Numbered from the stretch's first letter, positions 1 through 12,624 are shown. The stretch: 64,000 nt of DNA from Balanoglossus misakiensis (GCA_040954595.2 CM082582.2:6884063-6948062), one strand, 5' to 3'. Made by a program: numbers and translations. The notes: generated from the letters alone by a model not told the origin.

Positions 1-3000
1 TAGTCCAGAGTTGTCGCTTTCTCTTTAGCACCGCCGTTAACGAGCATGGCTTCTTTGATCTGTTGTCCCCACGATGAGTTGCCGAGTTGTAGTCGATCGA
101 TTTTGAGTTTTGTCAATACAACAACTTCGTCGACAAGATTTTTGAACTCTGTAAAGTGCGAAATACAATGTAAATCTACATTATTGCATCCAAGGATATA
201 TTATTGATAGATGTAGAAACTTGTTTTGCAGCTTGCTTTTTCAGTATCCTGTTTCGGTACCCGAGTTTCGGTACTTTTTATCAGCAAACGCGACGTACTG
301 AAAACTTACCATCGTCATTAAGAATCGTCACCGACGCCTTTGAAATCCCGCCGATACGAGCGCCCCCGTGCGCCCGCACAAGTTTCACGACGAACACTTC
401 GTCTTTTTCATAACTTTGGTCGTTATAGATCTTTATCGTCACAGATTTCTCTCTCTCGCCATCCTCAAATTCAAGCTTTCCATTGCTGGCTTCATAATCT
501 CGGCCGTGTACGGCAGTTTTGTCCACCGTCCTCCAGGTCACTGATATTCTTCCCGCTGCGCCATTTTTCCTGACAACTTTCAATTTCGCCACGCCGGCAT
601 TTTCTTTGAAGACATACGCCGCTTGGTGAAATTCCAACATTCCGGGATCTTTCGTGAACAAAAATATATTTAAAGAATTAGATAGACGCAAGGAACGGAT
701 CATCAATATCTCATATACCATCGTTCACTTTGAGTTAGACAAAGTGCAAAAAACTGGCCATACAACATGGATCCCTTTTTGCCGAAATTGGCCAAAGATC
801 TCGCCATATCAGACGACTGCTATGAATTTCGTAAAAACCCAGTTACAGAAGGTTATCGATACGGAGGGTGTATGTATCGAAAAGAACCTAGAATACGCAT
901 GGTTAGTGACATTTCTTACCGTCATCATCGATGATAGTGACTTCAGCTACATTTTTCTTTCCTAGTTCTAGGTTAGGATCACGGGTGTCGATAAGACTCA
1001 GTCTGACATAGAACGCCTTCTCTTCTTCCCACTGGCTATCGTCACGGATGTCAATGTCAAGGCGTATATCGCGTTCACCAGGTTGAAGCACTAAAATCCC
1101 TTTCCTTTCTACGTAGTCTGCGTCCGAAACTGCCGTACCGTCAATAGTTTCATATCTGTACCCACCAGAGAAATTCAATAAGTTTTATCATTTACTAATG
1201 CCGCAGTAACAAAATTGCACTTTTCATTGTTTTTTTTCATGGGAAGAGTCATATATCATTTATGCTAGTAGCTTGCCATGAAATGACGCATAATTTGCAC
1301 ATCTCCGTAAAAATAGCAAAAGGCCCACGTTTTACCTGAATAATACTTGTTTGTGTAGTTTCCCAGTTCTCACAATTCTCAGAGATACTCGATCATTACT
1401 TTCCAACACCGAGTAACTGGTCGACGAAAACTCCACCACCGATTTGGCGCTCACCGCATCATCCCCGCAATCACGATCACGGCTGCCACTGAGTTCATAA
1501 ACCTGAAAAGGGAGAGAAGATAAAATCGTGACAGTTATTTACCATTTAACCCCATTCGAGAAATACGAATTGGTCAGCTTCGACATTTTAGCTTCATCGG
1601 CAAGAATCACAGACAAGCTAGAGACACGTATTGTAGTGTACCTACGTTTTTCTGACTTGTCGTTTGTTCTACACTTGGGAGCAATCGCTGGGCGCCGCTG
1701 GCAGTCCTCATGGCGCCCACGCGGAACCACACAGCCGATCTCGGTATGTCCCGGCTTGCCTCAACCGTCGCCAAGGCAGCCGCTTCCTCTGTCGTGAGTT
1801 TCCGTTGGCGACTCTCACCGATTCCCTTCAGCATCTTGGTGACGCTTGACGCGTTTATGTGCTCGGAGTCTGTTCTTACAGAGTCCTGACCTGGAGGTGA
1901 ATGATATTTTGTAAGGGTGCTTTCAAAATGTAATTTCTGAGTAAAATTTTCTTGCAAATGCAAAAAGATGAACTTTACACTTGCATACACAATATACGCA
2001 ATTATCACATGGGAAGGGAGCGAGAGAAAGTGAGAGAGAGACAGAGAGAGAGACAGAGAGATTCGTAGCTTAGATTGTTGTGCCCATAACCGTACATGTA
2101 CATGTATGTCTTGCTATTTGTTCTGTGAGAGCTTAGAGGTACTACCATCTTTGGATAAAACCAAAGTGAAACGGTAAATATTTGTGTCAGTGTACGTACG
2201 CATTGCAAAGTTTATACCATTGTTCTGATCTGATCAGACAATGCCTGTCATTGTGTAATACACCTTGGAACCCGCAGACGTGTTCAGTCGAAACCATACG
2301 TATGTTGGTTGTGGGGGTAAGGATTATTTGTAGAATTTAACGATAGATGTCATTAGTATATGGACGATCCAAACGATGTGTGTGTGGGGGGGGGGGGGGG
2401 TAGATGGGAAATTTTCCAGAGGGAGGGCAATTTGTCGCTATAAAGGACTGTTATGACAGCTTATTTACACCGGTAAGGGGAGCGACCCAAACTCACCTGC
2501 AGGCTTCGGTTTTTCAACGCCTGTAACCTTTTGACGTCTGGACCAGACATCCGTAATGTAAACCAGTATGACGAGGATTGGGTAGAGGGTTAGGGTGAAA
2601 AACGCCTCCCAGAGTTCAACGGTCTTCGGCGTTATGACTTCAAGGATGAGGAAAATCCACAGGTAGGCGAAGAACGCAAACGCCACGACCAGCGAGAAGT
2701 ACGGTTTCGCTTTCTTTAAGTAGCGACTCTGTCCGGCCGGCGTCGCCATGATGCAGAGCCCGGTGACGAAGAGGAGACTGAACGCCGACGAGCCCACGAT
2801 CGTCGCCACGCCGAGCTCGCCCGTGTAGAACTCGCTGCCGATAATCTCCATCGTGGCCAGGAGAATCTTCGGCGTGCAGGTCCCGAACGCTATCAGGGTC
2901 AGGTTCGCCACAGCCAGGTTCCAGCGGCGGACCCTCGTCTCCTTGACGTGTCCCGGGCGTTCGAGGTCGCGAACCCTCTTTGTTTTCGTCAGGCTCGTCA

Positions 3001-3157
3001 GAACCTCGATGGCCGTCAGCGGCGCCGTGACGGTGACGGCCTCGGCGACGAGAAACCACAGCAAGCCGACGAAGTACAGAAATACTCTGAGGGGCACCGG
3101 CCACGTGGATTCGTCGACGAGCGGAAGAACCCAGCCGTCCCGCACACACGTTCCCAT
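1..3157 (-). CDS. NCX: Na+/Ca2+ exchanger (NCX/SLC8)-like gene, 3' end outside window; exons 3157-2497, 1890-1646, 1502-1336, 1155-920, 648-310, 148-<1
   Basis: Exon 1 encodes TM1-5 with an alpha-1-like repeat (VANLTLIAFGTCTPKILL...TIVGSSAF). Exon 2 RSAVWFRVGAMRTASG resembles NCX KSRAFYRIQATR. Exons 3-5 encode two Calx-beta domains (TIDGTA..DY, VTIIDDD; TVDKTAVHGRDY). Exon 6 EFKNLVD..SWGQQIKEAM matches NCX EFKSTVD..SWREQF. All introns are GT-AG with phases 1,0,2,1,1. Start codon less certain. Confidence 0.92.
2021..2060 (+). repeat. (AG)n-rich microsatellite in NCX intron 1
   Basis: Imperfect GAGA/GACA run seen directly. Confidence 0.8.
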
Positions 3158-4615
3158 TCTCCGTCGAGACCAGCAAAGGAGACCGATTCAATGTCGCGGT
3201 ATAATGCCGGTGTTTTCTTGAAACATTCCGACGTCCAGTCACGCGTTCGTGTCAACAGTTCTGACGCTGTGGTTGTTGGGGTCATGTCGCGTTGGTAGAC
3301 ATTGTTAGTACATATACCGGAAAAATATACAGTATATAACGTATGAAAGTTATTTAATGCAAGGAAAATCCGATAACTGCAGACTGACTAACCGTATACT
3401 ACCTGTGGTACACTCCGTTCGTAGTAGGGAACATTCGATCGCGACGTACGCACTTAAACACGGCAGACTGTATACATTCACTTCTCAACAGTAAATCGAT
3501 AATTCCTTCAAGGAACACTTATTCTCTTTATTATAACAGTGACCTCCGCGATGCACGAAGGGTTTTTGGGGTCGTCGCTATAGTGATGAACGCTAAACAG
3601 TACCATAGGGGCGCGCGCGTGCCTTACGTAATGGCTCTTTCAAACATTCAAAGACCATCATAACCGAAATATCATGAGTGATTTTATTGGTAGGTATACG
3701 TAACAATACGTGGTTTTATTTTACTTCACAAAGCCTACACTAATTACCATTTGACTCAGCAACAACGGCAAAACACCTGTGGAAATAAAACGTGAATGAC
3801 CAATCACGGTTCTCCAAACTGTAGACTAATCGAACACAAGATCCTTCACACTTTTCGCAATTAGCACTTCCAATACCACGTGGTTAATTCTATCACAAAG
3901 GGGCAAATGGTTCCAAAATCTACATACGCACATGCAGTTTGATGAAAAGACGTCGACCATAAACACCATGCTCACCATACTTGAACTGAGTGAAACGACT
4001 CTATTGAAAGAATACACGTCAAAGATCTTAAGATTTTATTGGACGATTCGAACCGTTACGTTTTAAAACAATGCGAGCGATCGATTCCCGTTTCAGATGA
4101 CGCGATCGATTGATTGCGCAGCGCAGTTTCAATGCAGCCAAGGGTGAGAGCACACATAGTGCCAGGCAGTCGTAAAATAAGAAGAAACGTGCAAGTGTCA
4201 CAAACAGGAGTTAACTGGCAAAAAGCACGGCGAAGAATTATTTTTATCATACATGAAGCTGTTCATCACACTGCCTCGGCTCGGCTGGTGTTATTTTGGG
4301 TAGCAACGCAAGTCTGAACCATAATCCAGCGTTGAATGCAACGAGGTACATTCGCTGGATACTGACCTACAGCCAAACGCGCAGTCAATTGTATTCAAAT
4401 ACAATATCCCCAATACTGAACCCGCTGTGTAATATTGACACTTACAACAATTACGGATTGGAAAGAGTCACAGGTCGAGAGCGTACGTGGACTTGGTGTG
4501 AAGGTCGGTGGGAAGATGTGAATTGCGACATGGGCGGCTTTGTACGTTTTGAACGCACTAATAATGAATGATTCATGAAATAAAACGAGACAAGACAGAT
4601 TTCCGTACACATTAC

Positions 4616-4677
4616 GCTTTATTTATTTGATGACCCACCACCCATCTTATGCTTTATTTATTTGATGACCCACCACC
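4616..4677 (-). terminator. Duplicated polyadenylation signal of the lectin gene
   Basis: 27-bp direct repeat (4616-4642, 4651-4677); each copy reads AATAAA on the minus strand, ~120-165 nt after the stop codon. Confidence 0.6.
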
Positions 4678-4782
4678 AATGCATGCCCAATTCAACATGT
4701 AAGACAGCTGAAGACATCGACTTGGCCATACAGTCAAACGCCGTCGACTATATCTTCGTGGAAGTGCTATAGCTGGCGCCGA

Positions 4783-7308
4783 TCAGTCGCAGCCTGGCAC
4801 GTTTTCTGCATAATCACAAACTTGCAACTCCGGGTTGAACACCAAATCCGCAGGGCAGTTAAAGTCATGCCTTATAAGATGGTCGCATACGTAAAACTTG
4901 GTACAGTCGTAAGGATGAGGAAAGATGCCATCTTCAAGACACACGATTTCTATAAAAAATGAATAAAAACAGAAGGCGCCAATCATATAGTTTGGCACTG
5001 CACAGTCCCGTATGCAACTTTTAATAAGTAAATGTAGTTGGACATTTGTACTTTCGACAAACACTCACTATCTTTGCGTATCGGGTCACGTTCATATGTT
5101 TTAGCCCGGAGACCAGGGCGTCGATTCTAGAAAGGAGACGCCCGGTGACAGTCTCTATTTACGCACGGGTGGTAAATCGTGCGTGTAAGCTAATTGGTCA
5201 CTCAATGTAAACCAAATGACATCATCGCATTCTAAATAAGGAAATAGAGGTGGAGTCACAAGTATGTTTTCAATAATTCCCGCGACGGGATGTGGGAGTG
5301 GTTTTGAAGGTGTATGAATATTCATAACCAAGCTTTGTTAATTATATCATCCAACCACTGGCGCCCGTCAACATTTGATAGATCACTCGTTATCCATTCG
5401 TTACTAAGCGACCCTGATCGTTGCCAGGGCTACTATCTTTCAGCTCAGCAGGACATTGCTAGACTGTCACCGGGCGTTGGAATTCTAGAATCGACGCCCT
5501 GGTCTCCGGGCTAATTACTAATATGTTTGGACTCACCTCCGAGTTTCTTGCAGATGGAAGGACAATTACTTGAGCATGTCAGGTCGTTCCACGTCCCTTT
5601 AGGGTAGATGTTGACACAGTCCTCCTGGCGACCTTGATAATTGTTTGGTTCACCTGGATTCCAGTTGAACCATCCCGCCTATTAAATAGATATAGAACAA
5701 TAGAGTGACTATGGCTCAGCGTGGATCCTTGAGACCTACATGTATGCAACGGTGGTAAAATTCTCGCTGCCTTAAATATGATTTTACTTCATGCTAGGGG
5801 GTCAAATACATTATAATAATTGCATTCTGGGTTAAAGGTCGACCACTCACTGTCGGCCATCTTGGAATTGTGTCGACCATGTGACATTTTCATCACTCAC
5901 CTAGGTAGCTTTAAATCTATACCATGGCAAAAATCGGCCATCTTGGAATTATGTCGACCATATGGCATTTTCATCACTCACCTAGGTAGCTTAAAACCTA
6001 TTTAAGGTAGGGAGAATTGGCGTGGAGAATTTCACTTCATATTGGATACTTGAATTACAGAGTGGGAAAACTCTACTTACGTCACTACCATCAACCCACT
6101 GCCAATCATTGTTACTCGTCACATCCATCATCCCGATCCAGGTCTGTTGCTCTGGGGCTAATCCTGTGGAGTTTCAGATCAAATCGCCAAATTATTGAGA
6201 AGTCGTCTTCACAACCATGTAGGATTCAGAACATATGGGTATTGAACTAATTCGCTGGCGGTGTTTTTTTGTACTTGGCTACCAAGTTCTTAGATCAAAT
6301 CTACCTTGCAGAACAGTACATTCGTCCCCTAAATCATGCTTTGTAGATGAAGGAACGCATTATCAATAAAGTAGTATTTCGCGGTTACAAACAATTATGC
6401 CATATTCTGACCCCCACTTTACCTCACATCCTCGTACTTCTGTTAATATGAATCCAACAACACGAAGAAAATCTCTATAATTGCAGATGTACTAAAAATC
6501 ATACTGAAGTACGTAGATGACTATTTTTCAAGCAATTTTTTTTTTACATATTTCTTGTATCAAAATTCAACCTCACACCACAGACAGTACAATGATGTGA
6601 GATTATACACTAGGGTCGTGAAAGTAACCCTGTAATAATCATTCTCAAACTGGTCTCATATCACACCCTACCTCCAACATATTTGGACTCCTCCAAATCG
6701 GTCAAAATTGCCAAGTTGGCGCCCTTCTCTTGACATGCTGCCAGAGCATCGGCAAACTGCGCCTTGTTTGTCTCGACGTAGTAGCAGAAGTCACCGCGCA
6801 TGCGCCAGCCCTCCTCACACGTCTAAATAAACGATATTGGATGAAAGGGTTAGATGGTGAGTGTGTGCTAATCGTTCGATGAAACGCTGAATAGCTACAT
6901 CCAAGCCAAAAATAATATTGAAGTGTCGTGATGAGAGTTAAGAACAGGCAAACGTCACGCACATGCACCGGCTACATTTCAGACATGTCCATCCTTCTGA
7001 ACGATCTGAAAAATTATTTGCGCAGTCGAACATAGGATCGGGATCATGAATTTGATCGTTGTCGGGAAGATATATCCGAGATTGTGTAAAGACAGCGTGT
7101 GAATTGTTTGGCGTATTTCATTTCAGACTGTTGGTTGATGGTCATTGTTTTCTCAAGTTTATTTGCTTGGCACCGTGTATTCACTTCTTGTAAAGGTATT
7201 ATTCGGTGACAGGTTGTGCTGCATAAATGATTAAAAAGACTCACATACCACATCAGGATAAGCACGAGCTGCAGAGACAAGAAATAACACGACGATGTGG
7301 AACTTCAT
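4783..7308 (-). CDS. Secreted C-type lectin (EPN/WND) fused to a CBM14/peritrophin-A chitin-binding domain, 200 aa; exons 7308-7249, 6822-6672, 6163-6081, 5678-5537, 4949-4783
   Basis: Signal peptide MKFHIVVLFLVSAARA. Lectin domain CEEGW..FCY..AACQEKGANLA..WIGM..WQWVDGS..NWNPGEPNN..EDCV..WNDLTC..ICK. Last exon C..DGIFPHPYDCTKFYVC..CPADLVFNPELQVCD..C is the 6-Cys CBM14 pattern. 603 nt with consistent phases; a 5'UTR exon donor lies at 7651. Confidence 0.9.
5104..5511. mobile_element. MITE (non-autonomous DNA transposon) in lectin intron
   Basis: Terminal inverted repeats GCCCGGAGACCAGGGCGTCGATTCTAGAA, extending imperfectly to ~50 bp, flanked by TA on both sides (5102-5103, 5512-5513). Confidence 0.85.
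5853..6001 (+). repeat. Two-copy tandem repeat, ~81-bp period
   Basis: TCGGCCATCTTGGAATT..TTTTCATCACTCACCTAGGTAGCTT starts at 5853 and again at 5934. Confidence 0.8.
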
Positions 7309-7969
7309 TTTCTTGAGAATCCGCGAATGAACCTGTATTGACAGAGAGAAAAGGAATTGGTCAAAACAATAATGGTGCCAAATTGGTTTCGCATTTAAAA
7401 AAACCAAAACAAAACAAGACAAATTGTTTGTCGAGATCCGGTAATATGCGGAACCCACATGACCATATACAACATATGGGATAAGGTCATCTTTATGAAT
7501 AAACGCAAAAAAAGGTAAATTCTATGAAATCGGAGGATATTGACGTGGGAAGACACAAACCCCAAATTCTACTAACCCGATTGCACATAACATAACGCGA
7601 AGCATGCAAGCTGAAATTTCAGCCAAAAACTGACTAGTACAAATTTCTTACCTCGAGTCTAACGAAACGGATGCTCACTTCTGGACTGTTAGACGACTAT
7701 TGCTGCATCACCCTCTTATAAATACATTTGTAATATGGAGCACTGGGCCCTGGTAGTGATGATTTTAAAAATAATTTAAGTTATTTGTTCAAAAACAACT
7801 GAACATAAAAAATCCATCAAACCGTAAAATGTATGTCCAATAAATTAGCCTAAAAGGAAATTAATAACACATCTGTCAGACAATAGCATCACCTTTGGCA
7901 TATTTGCCTAAATTAGAAATTACACTCAAAAACGAGCAATTAGGTTGAGCCTTTATGAGTCTTACACTG

Positions 7970-8062
7970 AGAGAGGGGGAGGGATAGGGGGAGAGGGATA
8001 GATAGAGCGGGGAAGGGAGGGAGGGAGGGAGAGAGAGAGAGAGAGAGAGGGAGACAGACAGA
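7970..8062 (+). repeat. Purine-rich (GA/GGGA)n simple repeat
   Basis: Seen directly. Confidence 0.8.
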
Positions 8063-8274
8063 CAGAAAAACTCGAAAAAACAATGTAATAAAGACAAACA
8101 GATCAAATCAACTTTTTTTTATTCAGAGCGGTGGAAGCCGACTCTTGGACAGGAAAACTTACCTGATTAGTTTCATAACGATGCAAATATTCTTAAATTT
8201 ACTAGACCAATGAAAAGTAAACAGATCTTCTACTCAAACTCTGCTAATACTTTTGTAAGGTTCTGTGTAGAAGG

Positions 8275-8526
8275 AGTGTTGTGCCAGGATCTTCGGATTT
8301 GTGCACTGTGTGGCTCATTTTCTCTGAATTGTATATCTCGGAGGCCTCAAAATGCAATTAAACCTAGGCTACTACTTTACCTACGCTAAGTGGAAATTAC
8401 AAAAAAAAAATAACACCGATAAAACGTTTTATAATTAGATCCAATTGTTTGCTAGCATCAGCATTAATACTATTCCCCTGCAATATGCCCATTAAAGTTT
8501 TATTGACTAAAATATTTAGGCATTCA
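8275..8526 (+). repeat. ~250-bp direct repeat, copy 1 (pairs with 12379-12624)
   Basis: AGTGTTGTGCCA.GATCTTCGGATTTGTGCACTGT...TTATAATTAGATCCAATTGTTTGCTAGCATCAGCATTAATACTATTCCCCTGCAATATGCCC; the 3' ~85 bp are identical between copies. Confidence 0.85.
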
Positions 8527-10321
8527 GTCGACAAGCGGTGTGTAGACGACCAAGTGATAAAAACTAAGAACACAATTTCGAAATCTCTCGAGGTAGAAGA
8601 AAATAAATTTCTTCTGCGAACAAGCTGGAATCTGTGGAAACCGCGAGGGTGGCCACGTCGTGTTCCCACATATATAAGTTTCTTTTTTTTTCATTGGGGA
8701 ATGACATGCCTATACCCAAGTAATCCACGAATAGGTGCTGGACGAACTTATAGCCAAACCTCAAGTGTATGACTGTAACTTTTTCGATATGGAAAATTAG
8801 TACATTTAGGCCAGTGGCCTATAGAACCGAAAAACATGATGATGACTAGCCAAGACGACCAAAGAGACATACTGTGTCCGATTTTTCTACTCTAAAAAGA
8901 AGAAAATTACTTTTGGCCTTTTCATTCTAGTGCGAGCGAGACACTCGTAATAGAGTACATACAGGACACCGAACTCAAGACATTTCGTTCAGCATGCAAC
9001 CCTGGGGAAAATGAACAAAGCATTCTGTCGGAAAAGAACCAGGGACCATCCATGTCTTTTTGATGGCATTAGCGTGTATTTTTTAACTATTAATAAACAT
9101 TTCCACTTAGCCTACAACAAAAGGAAAGTAAATAATATGCATTCTTTTCGCGAGGGTTTGACTAGTCTCAATACAATTGCTTCTAAAATAGATTCGTACA
9201 TTAGGCCGATGTCAACCGATGTCATTCCACATATATGACCGTTTTATGCCAGCATATTGTTGAAAGACGAATTTTAGTCTGGAAGAAATTCAAATTCAAA
9301 TGTCAACAGTAAGGTTGTACTATTCATACTTACTTGTAACAACGGCATTTCTATATCAGTTTCCACCATGTGTAAACATACACCACTGTTTCAAAATATA
9401 ATTCCCAACATATTCAATGGTTTCCTTTTTCTTCAATTACTCGACTGACAAACTTATTTTTCACATGTTTCCATAACGCTAAAGGAAATATAAAGGAATA
9501 CGCTTATCGTGCAACGTTTTATCGTACTATTGTCGCACACACCGTACGTTTATGATCCCAGAATCGATCGGCCGAGATTTACAACCCCTCTCTGAGATCA
9601 TGTGAAACTCAAGTATTTTGTGCACGTCACGATCAGCTTCGACACCAACGGCAGGTATGCATATCACGTCTGCAGGACAAAGTGTCGACCAAACGACGTT
9701 ATTGTGAAATAAACTCTGTCGAACGGACCGTTACGTAACGTCCAATACCACCAGTTTTCATTAGCAGGTAAGAATGCGGTGCAGTGCTATTGTTTACCGA
9801 ATATGCAGTGATTGGGTGGAACGATTTATGTTATCACAGACTGATGTTAGTGCCTTACACTTTCACGAGAATTAAATAGTAACTGTCCAATAGACGTTGA
9901 AACGGCAAGTTTACATTCTGTATATGCTTTGCATTGTGTACATGATTGATAAACGGAATTGGTTGTGTCGAAATGTTGACGTATATACATTCAAGCACAA
10001 AACAATCATATTCACAGTAGACGGTACAGAAATCGTACCTCAGGAGGTGCAACATGTCGACGCCTGCGTTACGGAAGTGACAAGGCGGAACTAAACGTAA
10101 AATAAAAACAAAACAAGCGACACAGCAGCTAATATTTATTCAATTTTATTTGATTGGACCTTTTAATTTTGTACAAACATAAACTATCAAATGAAGCTGA
10201 TAAATATTGTGCGGTGGCTTCACATTTCTTACGGTTCTCTGTTATCGCTGATGATCATGATCTCCAGATATTTAACTTCAATTTTAATTTACAGCCCGGG
10301 CTGTCCAAACTCAAATCTTCA

Positions 10322-11277
10322 ATGGCAGTTACCTCTGGCAATGCTACTAGAAACGGTAGAGACTATGCGGTAAGTATAAAAGGATCGCAATAGCTGAAGC
10401 CTTTTCCTGTTGTCATAAAGCATCATTTTACATCATTTACGTCTTTTAAATTACCGTCATCCGGTTGACGATTGTCATTCACGATGATCCATAAAGTAAA
10501 CTGCGATTGTTTCATTTAAAAGAAATAAATGCGTTTCAATAGAAAGAAATCAATTTATGCGGTAAGTTATTTATTAATAACTGTTTGTTTTATGTTAATT
10601 TACACATGACTGTAAATCAATAGCAGTAATTCAACCTCACGACAACTATTAACACTATTATTATATTAACAGGCTGATCCTGAAGAAACAGAACCATTAA
10701 ACCATTCAGTCCTACGTCGTAGAATCAACACGTGTAAGTTATCTTGAACTTTCTAATCATATTTCAGTCTTCGTATAGACAGCACCGTTGCCTTCCTGAC
10801 AACAGTCCCAATAACTATTTCCTGGAAATTACCCGCGCTTGTACATACATGAAGGATGGCGAGAAAAACAGACTTGTGTTTGACTTACAGGGGATTATTC
10901 CTATTACATGCTGTAATGCATGATAGATGCCGTGATGCGTGGTACCGTACTAAATGCATATTGACAGAGCATATTCGGACAAGAACATGACCGTTGATTG
11001 TGTTGAAAATTCTAACCTCAAGTTATTGCTTCTATTTTAGCAGCATGAACATAATAATAAACTGTGTGACAGAAAAAAAAATAATCCCTGGCCTTTATCA
11101 TGACCAGGCAATAGGTGTTCACCAAATGCTCGTATTCCCTATACAGATGTTGATGAAAATACTGAACATATCAATGGTGACACAATTCAGGAATTGGAAA
11201 GGTTTGCAGGTGAATTCGAAACAATGGATCCTCCACCGAATCGTGGATGCTGCCGTTGCCGCTGCACTATTCAATGA
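10322..11277 (+). CDS. Putative 79-aa orphan protein ending in a Cys cluster and CaaX box; exons 10322-10369, 10673-10733, 11147-11277
   Basis: Strong GTAAGT donors at 10370 and 10734; acceptors TTAACAG and TTCCCTATACAG; phases 0 and 1 join into an open frame ending NRGCCRCRCTIQ*. A candidate UTR donor CAG|GTAAG lies at ~9768. No homology recognised. Confidence 0.4.
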
Positions 11278-12147
11278 TGGCTGTTCCAGACGATATGATA
11301 ATATCAGTTCGATTACAGGAAAAGTATTCACATAGATTCCGACAAAATGTCATTTTGATTATCAGAATGGACACCTTTTGGGGGTAACATATTCATCACG
11401 AAAAGATTCATGAAATGACGTCGATAATTGTTCATAGTTATGAAAAAATTACGTGCCATTTGTATGGATAATAACTGAATTTCACATTTGAACATGTAAA
11501 TTTGTAGCACGTGTTTACAATTATGGTATTTCCTTATTTTGTATTGACGTATATGGCCATACATATTTTGTCATATGTGTACACTTACCGGTATTTATAC
11601 TTGGAATGCAAACGCATGTGCACCATTTCTACCTGATTTCAAGTCCTAACTGATCGGTCGAACTAAGAGTTAAGCACAGCTGGATCAGGTATACACAGGT
11701 GCAACGATGCATTAGAATACTCAAGTTGTTAAGTTATTTCACATATTTTGAGTCTGTATATATTACTTGCTATCTTCAGCTGCGACAAAAGCATCATTTT
11801 GACATATGTAAGTAAACAACACTGAGAGACAACACCTTGCAATCACCGACTCCAACTTCTCTCCAAGAGTAAGTCGCAAAATACTAGTGAGTATACTAAA
11901 CGAAATTGTAGACAAAACGTACAGGAATGCCAGGGGCACAGTATTTGCCTTGTGACCATGCAGGTAAAATAAAGTTGTCGTTAATAGTTGTTCACCTTAT
12001 CTACTTGACACCCTTTAGTGACCACCTGTTATCTGGCCAACATCTCTAGAATCAATCTCCATATAATACACATTTTCCTGAATCCATGTAACGGTCACTT
12101 GACCTGGATACTCAAGTGTCACAAGTGCCATTGTAAATGTTAAAGAT

Positions 12148-12320
12148 GAAAGTAGCCATCAGTGCCTGAGTTTATTCTACCTTTGACCTTAACATATTCT
12201 TTTTATATGAATTTATTTTATTACGATGAATGTTGGCAAGGAAACGAGTTTGCAACCATCGAAATTAACTGTATTCAAACCGAATCTACATTAAAATGAC
12301 AATTACTGATGGCTACTTTC
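12148..12320. mobile_element. Small MITE remnant
   Basis: 16-bp inverted repeat GAAAGTAGCCATCAGT (12148-12163) / ACTGATGGCTACTTTC (12305-12320). Confidence 0.5.
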
Positions 12321-12378
12321 AATTTGTATAAATCACTGGAGATATTAGCAATACAAAAAGAACAAAATGATAAAAATA

Positions 12379-12624
12379 AGTGTTGTGCCATGATCTTCGG
12401 ATTTGTGCACTGTATTGTATATCTCAGAATGTATGTATCGGGTGGAGGCCTCAAAATGTAAAATTAATAAACCTACTATTCCAGCTACGCTAAGTGAAAA
12501 TTTCAAAAAATAACGATAAAACGTGTTTATAATTAGATCCAATTGTTTGCTAGCATCAGCATTAATACTATTCCCCTGCAATATGCCCATTAAAGTTTTA
12601 TTGACTAAAATATTTGTGCATTCA
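12379..12624 (+). repeat. ~250-bp direct repeat, copy 2
   Basis: Same sequence as 8275-8526. Confidence 0.85.

Noticed and set aside
2640-3298. Overlapping ORFs on both strands around NCX exon 1
   Set aside because: Shadows of a GC-rich coding exon; no domain features.
10780-10923. YMKDGEKNRLVFDLQGIIPI resembles a TSG101/UEV strand
   Set aside because: Short, ends in a stop, and cannot be spliced in frame with a plausible intron length.
11041-11146. In-frame TGA (11101) upstream of the CaaX frame as a possible selenocysteine
   Set aside because: No convincing SECIS hairpin downstream, and a good acceptor at 11146 places the TGA in an intron.
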